Source of the DNA: Octopus bimaculoides
Lineage: Eukaryota
Direction of reading: 5' to 3'
DNA length: 50,760 nucleotides
NCBI RefSeq assembly: GCF_001194135.2
Contig: NC_069002.1
Location: 28,143,406-28,194,165 of the forward strand
Shown here: piece after piece, positions 35,366 to 48,323 of the stretch
Layout of the letters: every line of letters begins with the position of its first letter
How positions within the stretch are numbered: position 1 is the first letter of the stretch
Notes under the pieces: model-generated
What the model was told of the DNA's origin: nothing
What the model saw: the letters and a program-made list of their open reading frames with translations, nothing else
Database searches by the model: none
Program-made: the position numbers and the translations under genes

Positions 35366-36843
35366 GATAACCTCCAATAAGTGCGAAATAACGTTATCTG
35401 CAGCTACTAGGACATCCAAAACGAGAAAAAAATTAACTCTATGGAAATGTTCTTTTATATATCTTCTAAGTCATAAGAAAAAGACATCGCATAATAATAA
35501 AGCAAAAGAGAAAAAAAGCCCTGAGCGGTTCTCTCCTCTTAAGGGAAATTTCTTCCGCTCTTCTATTTCTTAGCAAACTTTCTTTCTCTCCACCTCTTAC
35601 TCTGAAAGCAGCCGTAGATGACAGCACTAACAGTCGCGAGTCAAATTTCACAGGTGTGTGTTAAACGATGGTTCAATTCTGAATGCCACACACAAAACAG
35701 ATGGCAAGGTGCCATGGCGAGCTGAAACATATTGTTAATTTTATCCTAAGTAACCCTACTGTGATAAGCAGCATGGAAATACGACCAGAGATCCCACATT
35801 CAAACCCGAAGGGGGGTTTGTATGAAGTTTGTAGAGAAAACGGTAATCGAGTCTACATGAAGAGCTATCAAACAAGGCGAATAAGTTCGGGAAAATAGTA
35901 GTAATAATAATAATAATAATACCAATAGATGACAACGTTTCTCCAAAAGAAACGGAGAAACTTTCAAAATACAAAGATCTTAAAATAGAGGTAACTCGAA
36001 TGTGGAGCCTAAAACCAGAAACAATTCTTATTATAATAGGCGCATTAGGTATGATAAAAGAACATTCAGACAAATACATAACAAAAACCCCAGGACTTAC
36101 AAGTATATATAACACAGAAAATAGCACTACTAGGCACCGCACACATCCCACGTAAAATACTATGAAAATAAGAGTACCATAACAAACCACAGCACATACC
36201 CAAGGCACACAGAGCTGCGCTCGGTAGTGCAGTAAAAACACGTAATAAAAAACAAAATAGGATTACTGAATAATAATAATAATAATAAATGCTTTGATGC
36301 AGTACCAGACAGTGGTTTTCATGGCTTCTTATTTTAACTGATTGGAGGTGTTATCATGTATATAGTTTTGTCTTGGTATAAAAGATGGGTTACAGCAAAT
36401 ATTCTGCTCAATACTACAGATTTGCTTGTCAGTTGCTTGACCTAAACCAGTTGAGCATGTCCCTTGGTGGCTGACGATATGTTTGTATATATAATTCGTA
36501 AATGTTTTAAATGAACATAGACCATCTAGTTTCAGGATCCCAAGTTGCATTGCATTGATAAGCTCCAATAAGTGCGAAATAACGTTACCTACAGCCAGCT
36601 ACTAGGATATCCAAAACGAGAAAAAAAAAACATGAATTATATGGAAATATTCTGTCATATGTTCTTCCTCTCACCCTTAGAAAGACAACAAAAAGAAAGA
36701 AAGAAAGAAAGAAAAAAGCCCTGCGCGTTTCTCTTCCCCTGAGGGAAATTTCTCTCTTCTATTTCTTAGCAAACTCCCTTTCTTTCTGCTTCTTTGAAAG
36801 CAACCGTAGATGGCAGCACTAGCAGTCGCCAATCAAATTTCAC
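35366..36843. repeat. Pair of ~287-bp direct repeats (35366-35652, 36557-36843)
   Basis: ctccaataagtgcgaaataacgtta, gggaaatttc, ctatttcttagcaaact and cgtagatgrcagcacta blocks are collinear in both. Confidence 0.88.
35885..36275 (+). mobile_element. Dong/R4-like LINE extreme 3' end with UTR, between (TAA)n tracts
   Basis: IPIDDNVSPKETEKLSKYKDLKIEVTRMWSLKPETILIIIGALGMIK. Confidence 0.88.
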
Positions 36844-36897
36844 ACATATTTATTGATATTTAGGATATGTGTATGCATGCATTCATGTGTGTATGTA

Positions 36898-36924
<27 letters not shown>

Positions 36925-36946
<22 letters not shown>

Positions 36947-37170
36947 CTTTGGGTTTATGCCTGTCCCCCTCCTGCTTGACAACCGGTGTTGGCTTGTTTA
37001 CCCTCCACCTTAACGTAGCAGTTCGGCGAAAGTGACAGATAGAATAAGTACCAGGTTTAAAAAAATACCATAATGAGAGCTGGGACCGATTTGTTCGACT
37101 AAAACCCTTCAAGGCGGTACCCCAGCGTGGCCGCAGTCCAACGACTGAAACCAGTAAAAGGTAAAAAAGA
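36925..37170 (+). mobile_element. Family-B SINE 3' half
   Basis: cttgacaaccggtgttgg..gttcggcgaaa..gatagaataagtacc..ggccgcagtcc.acgactgaaac. Confidence 0.8.
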
Positions 37171-37505
37171 ATTTTTTTTTTTTGTACTGATAAGAATTGN
37201 NNNNNNNNNNNNNNNNNNNNNNNNNNNNNNNNNNNNNNNNNNNNNNNNNNNNNNNNNNNNNNNNNNNNNNNNNNNNNNNNNNNNNNNNNNNNNNNNNNNN
37301 NNNNNNNNNNNNNNNNNNNNNNNNNNNNNNNNNNNNNNNNNNNNNNNNNNNNNNNNNNNNNNNNNNNNNNNNNNNNNNNNNNNNNNNNNNNNNNNNNNNN
37401 NNNNNNNNNNNNNNNNNNNNNNNNNNNNNNNNNNNNNNNNNNNNNNNNNNNNNNNNNNNNNNNNNNNNNNNNNNNNNNNNNNNNNNNNNNNNNNNNNNAA
37501 AAACG

Positions 37506-37905
37506 GGCGCAGACATGGCTGTGCGGTTAAGAAGCACGTTTTATGACCACGTAGATTTGTGTTCAGTCCCATCGCGCGCCACATTAGAGAAATGTCCTCT
37601 GCTATAGCTTCGGGCCGTCCAATGCCTTCTGAGTGAATTTGGCAGACGGAAAATGTGCGGAAGCCAGTCATGTACATATTTTGGATGGTGATATGAAGAT
37701 GGTATGCATACACACACACGCACACACACACACACACACACATATATACGACGGGCTTCTTTCAGTTTCCGTCTACCAAATCCACTCGCAAGGCTTTGGT
37801 CAGTCCGAGGCTATAGAAGACACTTGCCCAAGGTGCCACGCAGTGAGACAGAACCCGGAACCGTGTGGTTGGGAAGCAAGGTTTTTACCACACTGCCATG
37901 CCTAT
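37506..37905. mobile_element. Two family-B SINE 5' halves in convergent orientation (37506-37680 +, 37742-37905 -)
   Basis: Heads point toward each other and meet at a (CA)n tract. Confidence 0.8.
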
Positions 37906-38381
37906 ATATATATATGCTGGTATATATGATGACGGTATGGCGGCCAAAGAATTTTACTTTCTTTCTGCCATTTCTTTACCCCTTTCAGGATGATCTTCAT
38001 AAAAAGTGGGATAAACAAATCTCTTGAACATCCCACACAGGTCATTGTGTGGGACCATTCACACGTTTTGGTATTGTCCATAGCCATAGTTGGTGCAAGT
38101 ATGCCACGAAACTGATAAACAGCAGACCTCAATTGGATGACCGGTGACTCGCATGAGTTCCTGCGCCCTTTGGCAGGACTGTTTTTTTTCATCCCGCAAT
38201 GTATCCAACAATCCTCCTCCTCACCAAGCAAGATTGCTGGGTTGTCGGTTTTGTCGCCGACGACCCGGTTATGTGATACACACACACACACACACACATA
38301 CATCAACATACACACATTCATATATAAACGTCTTTGCGTTAAATGGAGAAGGGAGGACGAGTGACAGTTCTGTGAATTAAC

Positions 38382-38574
38382 CTTTTTACTATAGACACAA
38401 AGCCTGAAATGTGTGAGGAGGAGGCAAGTCGATCACATGGATTCTAGTAGGAAACTGGTTCTTATTTTATCGTCCCCGAAAGGATGAAAAGCAAATTCGA
38501 CCTCGGTGGGATTTGAACTCAGAATGCAAAAACGGATGAAATGCCGTTAAACATTTCTGCTAGCTTGCCGCCTT
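38382..38574 (-). mobile_element. Family-A SINE
   Basis: ccccgaaaggatgaaaagcaaattcgacctcggtgggatttgaactcagaa. Confidence 0.8.
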
Positions 38575-38974
38575 TGATTCTGTAAATAATGGTAATAATT
38601 ATAAGCTTAAAAAGCAATTACCATGTATTAGTTAAAGAAAACAGTCTGTAAGTACTCGACAGAGAAAAAAAGTGGTTGTTAGTTCGCTTGGGATTGAAGC
38701 CACATCTTCTATGTTCGCGATAAGTGTGCCGACCGATTACCCTACCATACCTTACTCACTCACTCCACCCCATTAGATTTACAAGCTATAATTTCATAGT
38801 GTTGTTTTTAAACAAATAAATATTATGAAGTTATAGCTCTTAAATCTAAAAAGGCGCAGTGGGTGGGTTGGTGTAATCAGTTAGTACATTTATCGCGAAC
38901 CTCAGTGGTGTGGGTTTGATTCCCATTCATTTTTTTTTCCGAGGGTTTTATATGCCCCGTTATTGAACTATTTT

Positions 38975-39192
38975 AAGGCGGTGAGCTAGCAGAAACGTTA
39001 GCACGCCGGGTGAAATGCTTAGCGATATTTCGTCTGTCTTTACGTTCTGAGGTCAAATTCTACCGAGGGCAACTTTGCTTTTTATCCTTTCGGAGTCGAT
39101 GAAATAAGTACTGTTACACGCTGGGGTCGATGTAATCGTCTAGCCTACTTCCCCAAATAATTTTCAAGGCCTTGTGCCTAGTGTAGAAATAA
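38975..39192 (+). mobile_element. Family-A SINE
   Basis: aaggcggtgagctagcagaaacgttagc..caaggccttgtgcctagtgtagaaa. Confidence 0.85.
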
Positions 39193-39835
39193 TTATTTAT
39201 AGGATATATATATATATATATAGTTCGGTTATAATAAAAACAATTTTATATTAATCTGATGAGTTACTCTATACTCGTGCAGAGTATAATATAAATTTAT
39301 TAGGAACCTACCTTGGGGACATAGAGTAAGTCTTAGGTAGGGAGACTGGATCACGTGACAAGAGAGTATGGCTGCATGCTGATGGACTTGCGTGACACGT
39401 CTACAGACCAGCCCTCCTCCGAGTCCTCTTCGCCTTAGCCACAGGACCAGCTTCTACTGCTTGACTCACAAATAGGGCCCTTGACAAGTACTACTTCCCC
39501 GGGCCAGAGCAGATCCAGGAATAGTGGTGATTTCCTAAATTTCTGAACGCCACCAAGCTGGAGTCTCCTTACAGGATGCAGTTTAATGTCTTGACAACAA
39601 ATTCTACTATAATAAATACGTATTGCTTTGAGTCTTATGACTCATAGAGTTGGCTATCCGGTTTCCATAGCGTAAAAGCGACCGAGATCACATCCCACTG
39701 AACGGGAAGCCAGCCCGTCGCATGGTTACTCATTACAGCTGAGTGGACTGGAGCAACGTAAAACAAAGTGTTTCGCTCCAGAACACATCATCCAGAAATG
39801 CTTTGCCGCATTTCGTCCGGTGTGTTATCGATTGT

Positions 39836-40262
39836 TTTCTACTCTAGGGACAAGGCCCGAAATTTTTGGGAGGGGCCCAGTTGATTAGATCGACCCCAGT
39901 ATGCAACTGGTACTTAATTTATCGACCCTGAAAGGGTAAAAGGCAAAGTCGACCTCGGCGGAATTTGAACTCACAACGTAAAGACAGACGAAATACCACT
40001 AAGTACTTCGCCAGGCGTGCTAACAATTCTGCCAGCTCACTGCCTTATGCTCACCAAAATAATTCTTTCTACAATAAGCTTTAGGCATGAAATTTTTTGG
40101 GGGAGGAGGCTGGTTGATTATATCGACCCCAGTGTGCAACTGATGCTTATTTCATCGACCCTGGATGGATGAAAGGCAAAGTTGACCTTGGCAGAATTTG
40201 AACTCACAAAATAAAATCCGAAAGAAACGCTGCTGAGAGATGATAACGATTAGGCCAGCTCA
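39836..40262 (-). mobile_element. Two tandem family-A SINEs (39836-40046, 40064-40262)
   Basis: Two cores in the same orientation. Confidence 0.83.
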
Positions 40263-40555
40263 TGATCTTACCGTATACCCACCAAAATAATACATTATGT
40301 TCTATGTCAGGTATGTTAACTATTCCAATCTGTAGACAACCTTTATTTAACACTTCAAAGTTTCGGATTCCACACAGTTTTTTTCTCATTTTCCTATTTT
40401 CACAAATTTCCGAGTATAATTCAGTGGAGAAATTAATGTTAATGGCTTTGTATACTTTGGAGATTGAAGAATTGAACAATATTACTGTTAATGTTACATT
40501 TAGAGAAATATTGGCCATTTTTTATGTTGAAACTTCAGATTAATTGAAGTAGAGT

Positions 40556-40590
<35 letters not shown>

Positions 40591-41074
40591 CATGATAATA
40601 TTCTATTAATGTTTCCATTATATCTTTTGTCTGTAACACTTTTGCTTTTACGACATGGCTGTTTTTTTTACATTACTTGAGTTTAAAATGCGAGAAAGTA
40701 TTCTAGTTATAAGTGTTGTAATATCTGATTTAAAAAAAAAAATAATTTGTTAGAACCAGGGTTTTTAATTGAGTCAAAAACTTGACCGAATTTTGGCTCT
40801 CTTCTATAGTGCTTTCATTATTTTACTAAAGCTACTAGCATGTATTTTGTCATGAAGAAAATTTGTTGATGTATAAAATAACTGTAAACACCCGGGGCGT
40901 ATATTCCAGGGGTGGGGGGGCTAGGTGTGCGCTGCACACTTATTAACATTGCCAAATTCATTATAAACATTAACCTTACTCATTAATTTAACCACAAATC
41001 ATAATGGAAAACTTTTGCTATACCCCTGCTTGAAATTTGAAGGTAATGGGTGTGGCAGCATACCCAGTACAACA

Positions 41075-41392
41075 ACCTTTTCTTCTTTTCTTCGCCCTTT
41101 CAAAGCCTAGCCAGGCTCATGTACCCGGTTTCTCGGTTTCTATGGCGTATGTGTTCCCCCCAGCTGGATAGGTCGCCAGTCCATCGCAGCGTTACTCAAG
41201 AAACAGGAAGAAAGAGTGAGAGAAAGTTAGGGCGAAGGAGTACAACAGGGGTCGCCACCACCCCCTGCCGGAGCCTCGTGGAGCTTAGGTGTTTTCGCTC
41301 AATAAACACTCACAACGCCCGGTCTGGGAACCGAAACCGCGATCCTCCGACCGCGAGTCCGCTGCCCTAACCACTGGGCCATTGCACCTCCA
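41075..41392 (-). mobile_element. tRNA(Arg)-derived SINE (family D)
   Basis: Reverse complement head ggaggtgcaatggcccagtggttagggcagcggacTCGcggtcggaggatcgcggtttcggttccc; body includes ctgcgatggactggcgacctatccag, resembling the V-SINE domain. Confidence 0.8.
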
Positions 41393-41748
41393 CAAATACA
41401 ACAACAACCACCACTGGTAAATACACCGAGTCAGTTCACAGCGCCCTCTAACATGACTGTTGGATGCATGCTTTTCGGAGCAGTTATCTCCTCTTCTGCA
41501 GCAGACGCTGCGAACTGACATCAGAGACAAATCTCTCTTATAATATTCCCGGCGTCCTTCAATGACATGTTGTGCTATTCAGCGGCTCACCTCAAATAAA
41601 ACACGGAGTGATAGCGCTAAGCAGTGAAGTGTATAAAAACAAACCTTCAAACTGTTCAAACATGCTTAAGGCATATTTGAACTCGTAAGAAAGCCATTCA
41701 CTGTATTTTGTCATGAAGAAAAGTTCTTGTTGTAGACAAATAGGTGTA

Positions 41749-42053
41749 CAGTAATCCTTCGACTATCGCAGATGTTACGTTCCAAAACACCCCGCGATGG
41801 GTGAAAATCCGCGAAGTAGAAACTACTGTACTGTAAATTTTGGTTTTTATTAGTTTTATAATTTACTCTTTACTCTTTTACTTGTTTCAGTCATTTGACT
41901 GCGGCCATGATGGAGCACCGCCTTTAGTCGAGCAAATCGACCCCAGGACTTATTCTTTGTAAGCCTAGTACTTATTCTATCGGTCTCTTTTGCCGAAGCG
42001 CTAAGTTACGGGAACGTAAACACACCAGCATCGGTTGTCAAGCGATGTTGGGG

Positions 42054-42110
<57 letters not shown>

Positions 42111-42384
42111 CATATATACGACGGGCTTCTTTCAGTTTCCATCTACCAAATCCACTCACAAGGCTTTGGTCGGCCCGAGGCTATAGTAGAAGACACTTGC
42201 CCAAGGTGCCACGCAGTGGGACTGAACCAGGAACCATGTGGCTGGTAAGCAAGCTACTTACCACACAGCCACTCCTGTGCATATATTTTTTTATTATAAA
42301 TGCAAAACACCACCACGGAGGAATCGACGTAAGCTGAAATAATAAACCGCGATAAGTGAACTGCGATATGGCGCGTGATTACTG
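41749..42384. mobile_element. pogo/Tigger-like MITE (TA-CAGTAATC...GATTACTG-TA) interrupted by a SINE
   Basis: TIRs cagtaatccttcgactatcgcag / ctgcgatatggcgcgtgattactg, with TA on both sides. Confidence 0.82.
41862..42280 (-). mobile_element. Full-length family-B SINE nested in the MITE
   Basis: Complete head, central (CA/TA)n, 3' half and (tttactct)n tail. Confidence 0.92.
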
Positions 42385-43484
42385 TATGTCCACCGAGTCA
42401 GCTCACTGCAGCATCTAGCCAGACAGTGGTGGGATGCATACATTTCGGAGTAAAAACGAACGAATTTATCTGCCAACCCAGCAGTTCATCCCTGGCTCAG
42501 TTTTCAAATTATTGTCTCTATTAGGCTTCAGTTACTCAATTGTTAGTGAAATGAGGTGAGTGATAATTGTTGCTTCCTTTGTAGGACAAATACTTCGTCG
42601 CCACGGACTTAATATGAACTCACGTTTTGTGAAGCAGCGAAATGATGACGTCATATCCATTCACCCGTTTTAAGTACTTGTGTATGCATCCAAGATTGTT
42701 TAATTGAACTATATCTGCTATTAAACAGATAGATGGACACATCTTTGTGAGACTAAAAGTTCCAGTTCCGCTATACAGATTGACATTTCGGAATCCTCAT
42801 TGATATTGCTTAAAACCGCGGAAACACAGGACTAACACGAATAGGAAGACGACACGCACCATTACTGCAATCTACTCCCGAAGAAGAAGAAGAAGAAGAA
42901 GAAGAAGAAAGGCGGAAGAGAAGAATATGAATAAGAATAGGATGGAGGAGGAGCAGGAAGAGGAAAGGAAGAGCAACAACAACCACAAGACGAGGAAACC
43001 AAAGTCATAATAAATTCGCCGTGAAGGACTGGCGGAGTAGGAGAAGGAATGTTATTAGTATTTTTAAGCTGAAAACCAGGACGATTTCTTAGCGTTCCGT
43101 TTATTGACCAGTCCGCAGTATATAACTGCAGTTAAGATCTAAGATTATATGATGACAACAGAGGATTATAAATATCGATTCAATGACTTGGAGGAAACTT
43201 CTTATCTGTTCAAAGAAAAACTATCGTCCATTTTTAGATAATAACTTCCGATCGCTTTTCAGAAATGAAATTTGCCCTTCAGAAATTAACCCACTAGTAA
43301 AGCACTCACACACGCACATACACACACATGTACACATATACACATGTATGCACATATACTTATACATATATACACACACGCACATCTATATTAGTTCTCT
43401 ATCTATTTATCTATTGACAGATAGACAGATATAGGTATAGCTACATATGTGTACAGACACAGACACACACATATGTATATAATA

Positions 43485-43504
43485 CATGCAAGCATTTATG
43501 TATG

Positions 43505-43576
<72 letters not shown>

Positions 43577-43810
43577 TATATATATATATATATTCATATA
43601 TATGTATATATATATATAAAGATACATACACACAAATACATACATTCATAAATACATATGTGTGTATGTGTGTATGCCTTTCTGTGTGTGTATATATGTG
43701 TGTGCGCACGCGTGTGTGTGCGTGTGTGTGTGTGTGTGTGCTCGTCTGTTTGTGTGCTCGTCTGTGTGTGCGTGTATGCGTACGCGTGCACATGCATGTG
43801 TATGTGCATA
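43485..43810. repeat. (TA)n/(TG)n compound microsatellite
   Basis: Direct reading. Confidence 0.97.
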
Positions 43811-45114
43811 ATTCTTATGATTCTTAATTTCTGGTTCTGTCTTCAGAAAATATAATTTCTTAGTAAAACACTAAAATAATTCTCTTAGCCTTTTCCTTTT
43901 TTTTTTCTTCTTCTTTGGTCTTTTCCATTTTGTTCTTAGGAAGAATAATTCTTCCTTCAATTTCTATCTTATATTCTCTCTCCTCCTTCTCCTATTCTTG
44001 CCCTCTCTTTCTCTCTTTCTGTCTGTTACTCGCTCTCTCTTTTCTTTACGTTAACTTTTCAGTGATTTTTCACTGCGAAATCGTTCTCTAAAATTTTTTT
44101 ACCCTCTCTGCGATTCTAACAATACTTCGAAGTCATATCTTCTTTCCTATTTAAACTAACTTTATTCCTATCTTTTCAATCTTTCCAACATCATTAATTC
44201 ATTTCTTTTACTTTGGCAGTCTTTCTTTGCTGGGGAATTTTGCTGTGATACAAGTTCGTTTCTGAAGATCTATCCTCGTGTCTCATCCATTAGTTTAACT
44301 TTTAAAATAATCTCTACCTATTTACATTTTGAAATGCTCTGGTTTCCGGCTATGTTATTTTCCATAATGAAAGGAGGAAAAATTGGTTAATATTACACAG
44401 AAATGGATAAGCTCATTATTAAAGTACTTCAGATGTTTTAAATTTCTCAAATTTAATCAAGAAATTTAAAGCCAAAAATATAACAAAACATACACACACA
44501 CACAACCCCCCCCCCAAAAAAAACATAAGTCAATGCAAAGATTAATAGAACGTAAACATATCACTTGATCAGAAAGCATAGACCTCTTTAACACTTTGAA
44601 GCTAATATTTATTTTTTTAAATATTATTTTATTTACTTCAGCGTTCAACATCATTAAGTCGTTGTTCCGTTCTCATTTCACTTAAGTTTCATATAAATAA
44701 CACCTTGTGGTTAAGCTATTGGAGTCACGATTGTAAGGTCTTTATTTCGATACTCAGGTTCGACGGTACGCTCTGTTCTTTAAGCAAAAGACTCCTCTGA
44801 GCGTTTGACGTGAAATACAGGTTTCAGATAAAATGCACAGAATAAATTCAAAATGTGCAACCGATAATCCACCCAGTTTCTGTTCCCTACGATTTTTTGC
44901 TTCTCTAAATCAGTTTTCTTCCTTCATTCCTTTCCTTAGGAGAGCATAGGCTCGAAACGTTAAAGATTCTTCAACTTTCTCTCAGCGTCAAACTATTACA
45001 CTTTGTTTGTGTATACAAGCACATACATACGCAAATATACTCATGCACGCATCACTACGCTCATATATACATCTCTACACGTACACACATACACACAGTA
45101 CGTACATATATATA

Positions 45115-45149
<35 letters not shown>

Positions 45150-45151
<2 letters not shown>

Positions 45152-45500
45152 TCTTTTACTTGTTTCAGTTATTTGACTGCGGCCATGCTGGAGCACCGCC
45201 TTTAGTCGAGCAAATCGACCCCATAACTTATTCTTTGTAAGCCTAGTTCTTATTCTNNNNNNNNNNNNNNNNNNNNNNNNNNNNNNNNNNNNNNNNNNNN
45301 NNNNNNNNNNNNNNATATATATATATATACACATATATACGACGGGCTTCTTTCAGTTTCCGTCTACCAAATCTGCTCACAAGGCTTTGGTCGGCCCGAG
45401 GCTATAGTAGAACACACTTGCCCAAGGTGCCACGCAGTGGGACTGAACCCAGAACCATGTGGTTGGTAAGCAAGCTACTTACCACACAGTCACTCCTACG
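45150..45500 (-). mobile_element. Family-B SINE spanning a short gap
   Basis: Nearly identical to 41862-42280 on both sides of N45257-45314. Confidence 0.9.
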
Positions 45501-45552
45501 CCTATTTACACATACACACACACACACACAGACGTGTGTGTGTGTGTGTGTG

Positions 45553-46164
45553 TTAATAAATCAAAGAGGTGTCTCTATCTATGATAAACTCCTAAGTCAG
45601 ATGCAGGAAAAGGCTCGTGAGTACAACCGAGACCTATTCGTCACTTTTGTAGATCTAACTTAAGCTTTCGACAACGTATCTAGGGATGCTCTTTGAGTTG
45701 TCTTTAGAAAGCTAGGTGTTCCAGAAAAGATGTTCAATGTCATAATTTCTTTCCGTCAAGGGACGACAGTTTCTGTCAGATCTGGCGGGGAAGTGTCCAA
45801 TTCATTCACAGACTCAAATGGAACAAAACAAGGCTGTGTTCTTGCACCACTCTTATTTTCTTTGTCATGTCATTTGCTTTGTCATTGCTCCGTCATGTCG
45901 GAAACAACGCTGAAGGGTGTTAATGAAAGAGTAAAATCTGAGTACAGAACTGGTGGTGGCTTGTTCAACCAGCAATGCTTCAAAGCAAAAACTAAGACTT
46001 TGGTGCAAACAGTTCGAGAGTTGCTCCTCTCAGACTATTGTGCAATTGTAGCACACACTCTTGGGGACATGCAATAGATTCTAAACAACTTACCGCTTGC
46101 ATCGAAGGCCTTTGGTCTGACCATCAGCATCAAGAAAACTAAGCTTGTCCGTCAGCCCGTTCGG
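45553..46164 (+). mobile_element. RTE-clade LINE RT core fragment, decayed
   Basis: QMQEKAREYNRDLFVTFVDLT*AFDNVSRDAL, NGTKQGCVLAPLLFS, VRELLLSDYCA, AFGLTISIKKT. Confidence 0.9.
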
Positions 46165-46974
46165 GACAAAACAATGTACATGATAGCTCATCCAATCAGT
46201 TAAGATAAGAAGCCACGAGAGCTACTGCCTTGGTATAAAAGATGGGCTACAACAAATATTCTGTTCAATACTACAAATTTGCTTGTCAGTTGTTTGACCT
46301 TAACCAGTTGAGCATGTCCCTTAGTGGCTGACGATATGTGCATCTCTGATCATGAGCAGAAGTAGTGGAGGGGTATCATAGCTATTCGTTGAGAGGAATT
46401 CTTTGGGGTTTGAATAACTCACCTCTGGAAATACGGGTGTTTCGTTCCTTAAACGACCCTTATTCAGGGAACTTTTGAGCGGGATGGGCTACTCGAACTG
46501 AAGAAAATTCTAACTGGGCCCCACTTGCAAGGTCATGCGCTGTGTATCTTGGTATGAGAGCACAATGTCACACACATATGGTTGTGATGTATGTGTCTGG
46601 TGTACCCCTATCCTGATGAGTATATTGAACTTCGTATAGTTGTACCTCAGTGTCACTTTGACGGCATGCACTGTTCTCTCACTCAATGATGATGATAATA
46701 ATAATAATAACTTAGTACATGGAGCAAACATCGGCTAGCAATTGTTGCAGCTACAACTTTGCTATCATACCGGTGTAACTTTTTGAGGGTGTTAATTGTA
46801 ATATCCTTTCAGATGGAACTGCTGAGAGTTTTATGTTTTAATTTTAGTATTGCGTTGAACGAAGTGGAGTTAAATGTTAATTCCGAGCCGAACTTCATTT
46901 TGAATTCCAAGTATTGATCGGATAATTATTTGTTTGTTTCATAGTCAGTTAATACAAATACTTCGTTACTCATA

Positions 46975-47121
46975 TATATGTATATATATGTATATGTATG
47001 TATATGTATATATATGTATATGTATGTATATGTATATATATGTATATGTATGTATATGTATATATGTATATGTGTGTGTATATGTATATATATGTATATA
47101 CATATGTATATATATTATGTA

Positions 47122-47153
<32 letters not shown>

Positions 47154-48130
47154 NNNNNNNNNNNNNNNNNNNNNNNNNNNNNNNNNNNNNNNNNNNNNNN
47201 NNNNNNNNNNNNNNNNNNNNNNNNNNNNNNNNNNNNNNNNNNNNNNNNNNNNNNNNNNNNNNNNNNNNNNNNNNNNNNNNNNNNNNNNNNNNNNNNNNNN
47301 NNNNNNNNNNNNNNNNNNNNNNNNNNNNNNNNNNNNNNNNNNNNNNNNNNNNNNNNNNNNNNNNNNNNNNNNNNNNNNNNNNNNNNNNNNNNNNNNNNNN
47401 NNNNNNNNNNNNNNNNNNNNNNNNNNNNNNNNNNNNNNNNNNNNNNNNNNNNNNNNNNNNNNNNNNNNNNNNNNNNNNNNNNNNNNNNNNNNNNNNNNNN
47501 NNNNNNNNNNNNNNNNNNNNNNNNNNNNNNNNNNNNNNNNNNNNNNNNNNNNNNNNNNNNNNNNNNNNNNNNNNNNNNNNNNNNNNNNNNNNNNNNNNNN
47601 NNNNNNNNNNNNNNNNNNNNNNNNNNNNNNNNNNNNNNNNNNNNNNNNNNNNNNNNNNNNNNNNNNNNNNNNNNNNNNNNNNNNNNNNNNNNNNNNNNNN
47701 NNNNNNNNNNNNNNNNNNNNNNNNNNNNNNNNNNNNNNNNNNNNNNNNNNNNNNNNNNNNNNNNNNNNNNNNNNNNNNNNNNNNNNNNNNNNNNNNNNNN
47801 NNNNNNNNNNNNNNNNNNNNNNNNNNNNNNNNNNNNNNNNNNNNNNNNNNNNNNNNNNNNNNNNNNNNNNNNNNNNNNNNNNNNNNNNNNNNNNNNNNNN
47901 NNNNNNNNNNNNNNNNNNNNNNNNNNNNNTGTATATATATGTATATATATGTATACATATGTATATATATGTATACATATGTATATATATGTATACATAT
48001 GTATATATATGTATACATATGTATATATATGTATACATATGTATATATATGCATACATATGTATATATATACATATATATATATATATAAACATATATAC
48101 AATTATATACATTTATATACACATATATAG
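46975..48130. repeat. (TA/TG)-derived compound microsatellite with an internal gap; 20-bp higher-order unit at 47930-48060
   Basis: Direct reading. Confidence 0.95.
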
Positions 48131-48284
48131 ACACACACACACACACACATCCAGTTGTAAGACTTGTTCTCACTATGTAACTTGGTTAGCTGGTCAACTT
48201 ATATTCTCTACCTACCTATCTGCTTGCTTCTTGAAAATCACCTGAAGACAGCAGATTTTAATCATGATATAGTATTCTTCAAAA

Positions 48285-48323
<39 letters not shown>

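Noticed and set aside
40204-40543. Overlapping 104-aa and 93-aa ORFs; pyrimidine tract suggesting an acceptor
   Set aside because: Both begin or end in a SINE and show no domain similarity or convincing splice pair.
40892-41028. Possible small MITE (ccggggcgtata ... gctatacccctg)
   Set aside because: Termini are short and mismatched, and no TSD is visible.
42646-42653. Perfect CRE palindrome TGACGTCA
   Set aside because: A single 8-mer in 50 kb is expected by chance; no supporting promoter context.
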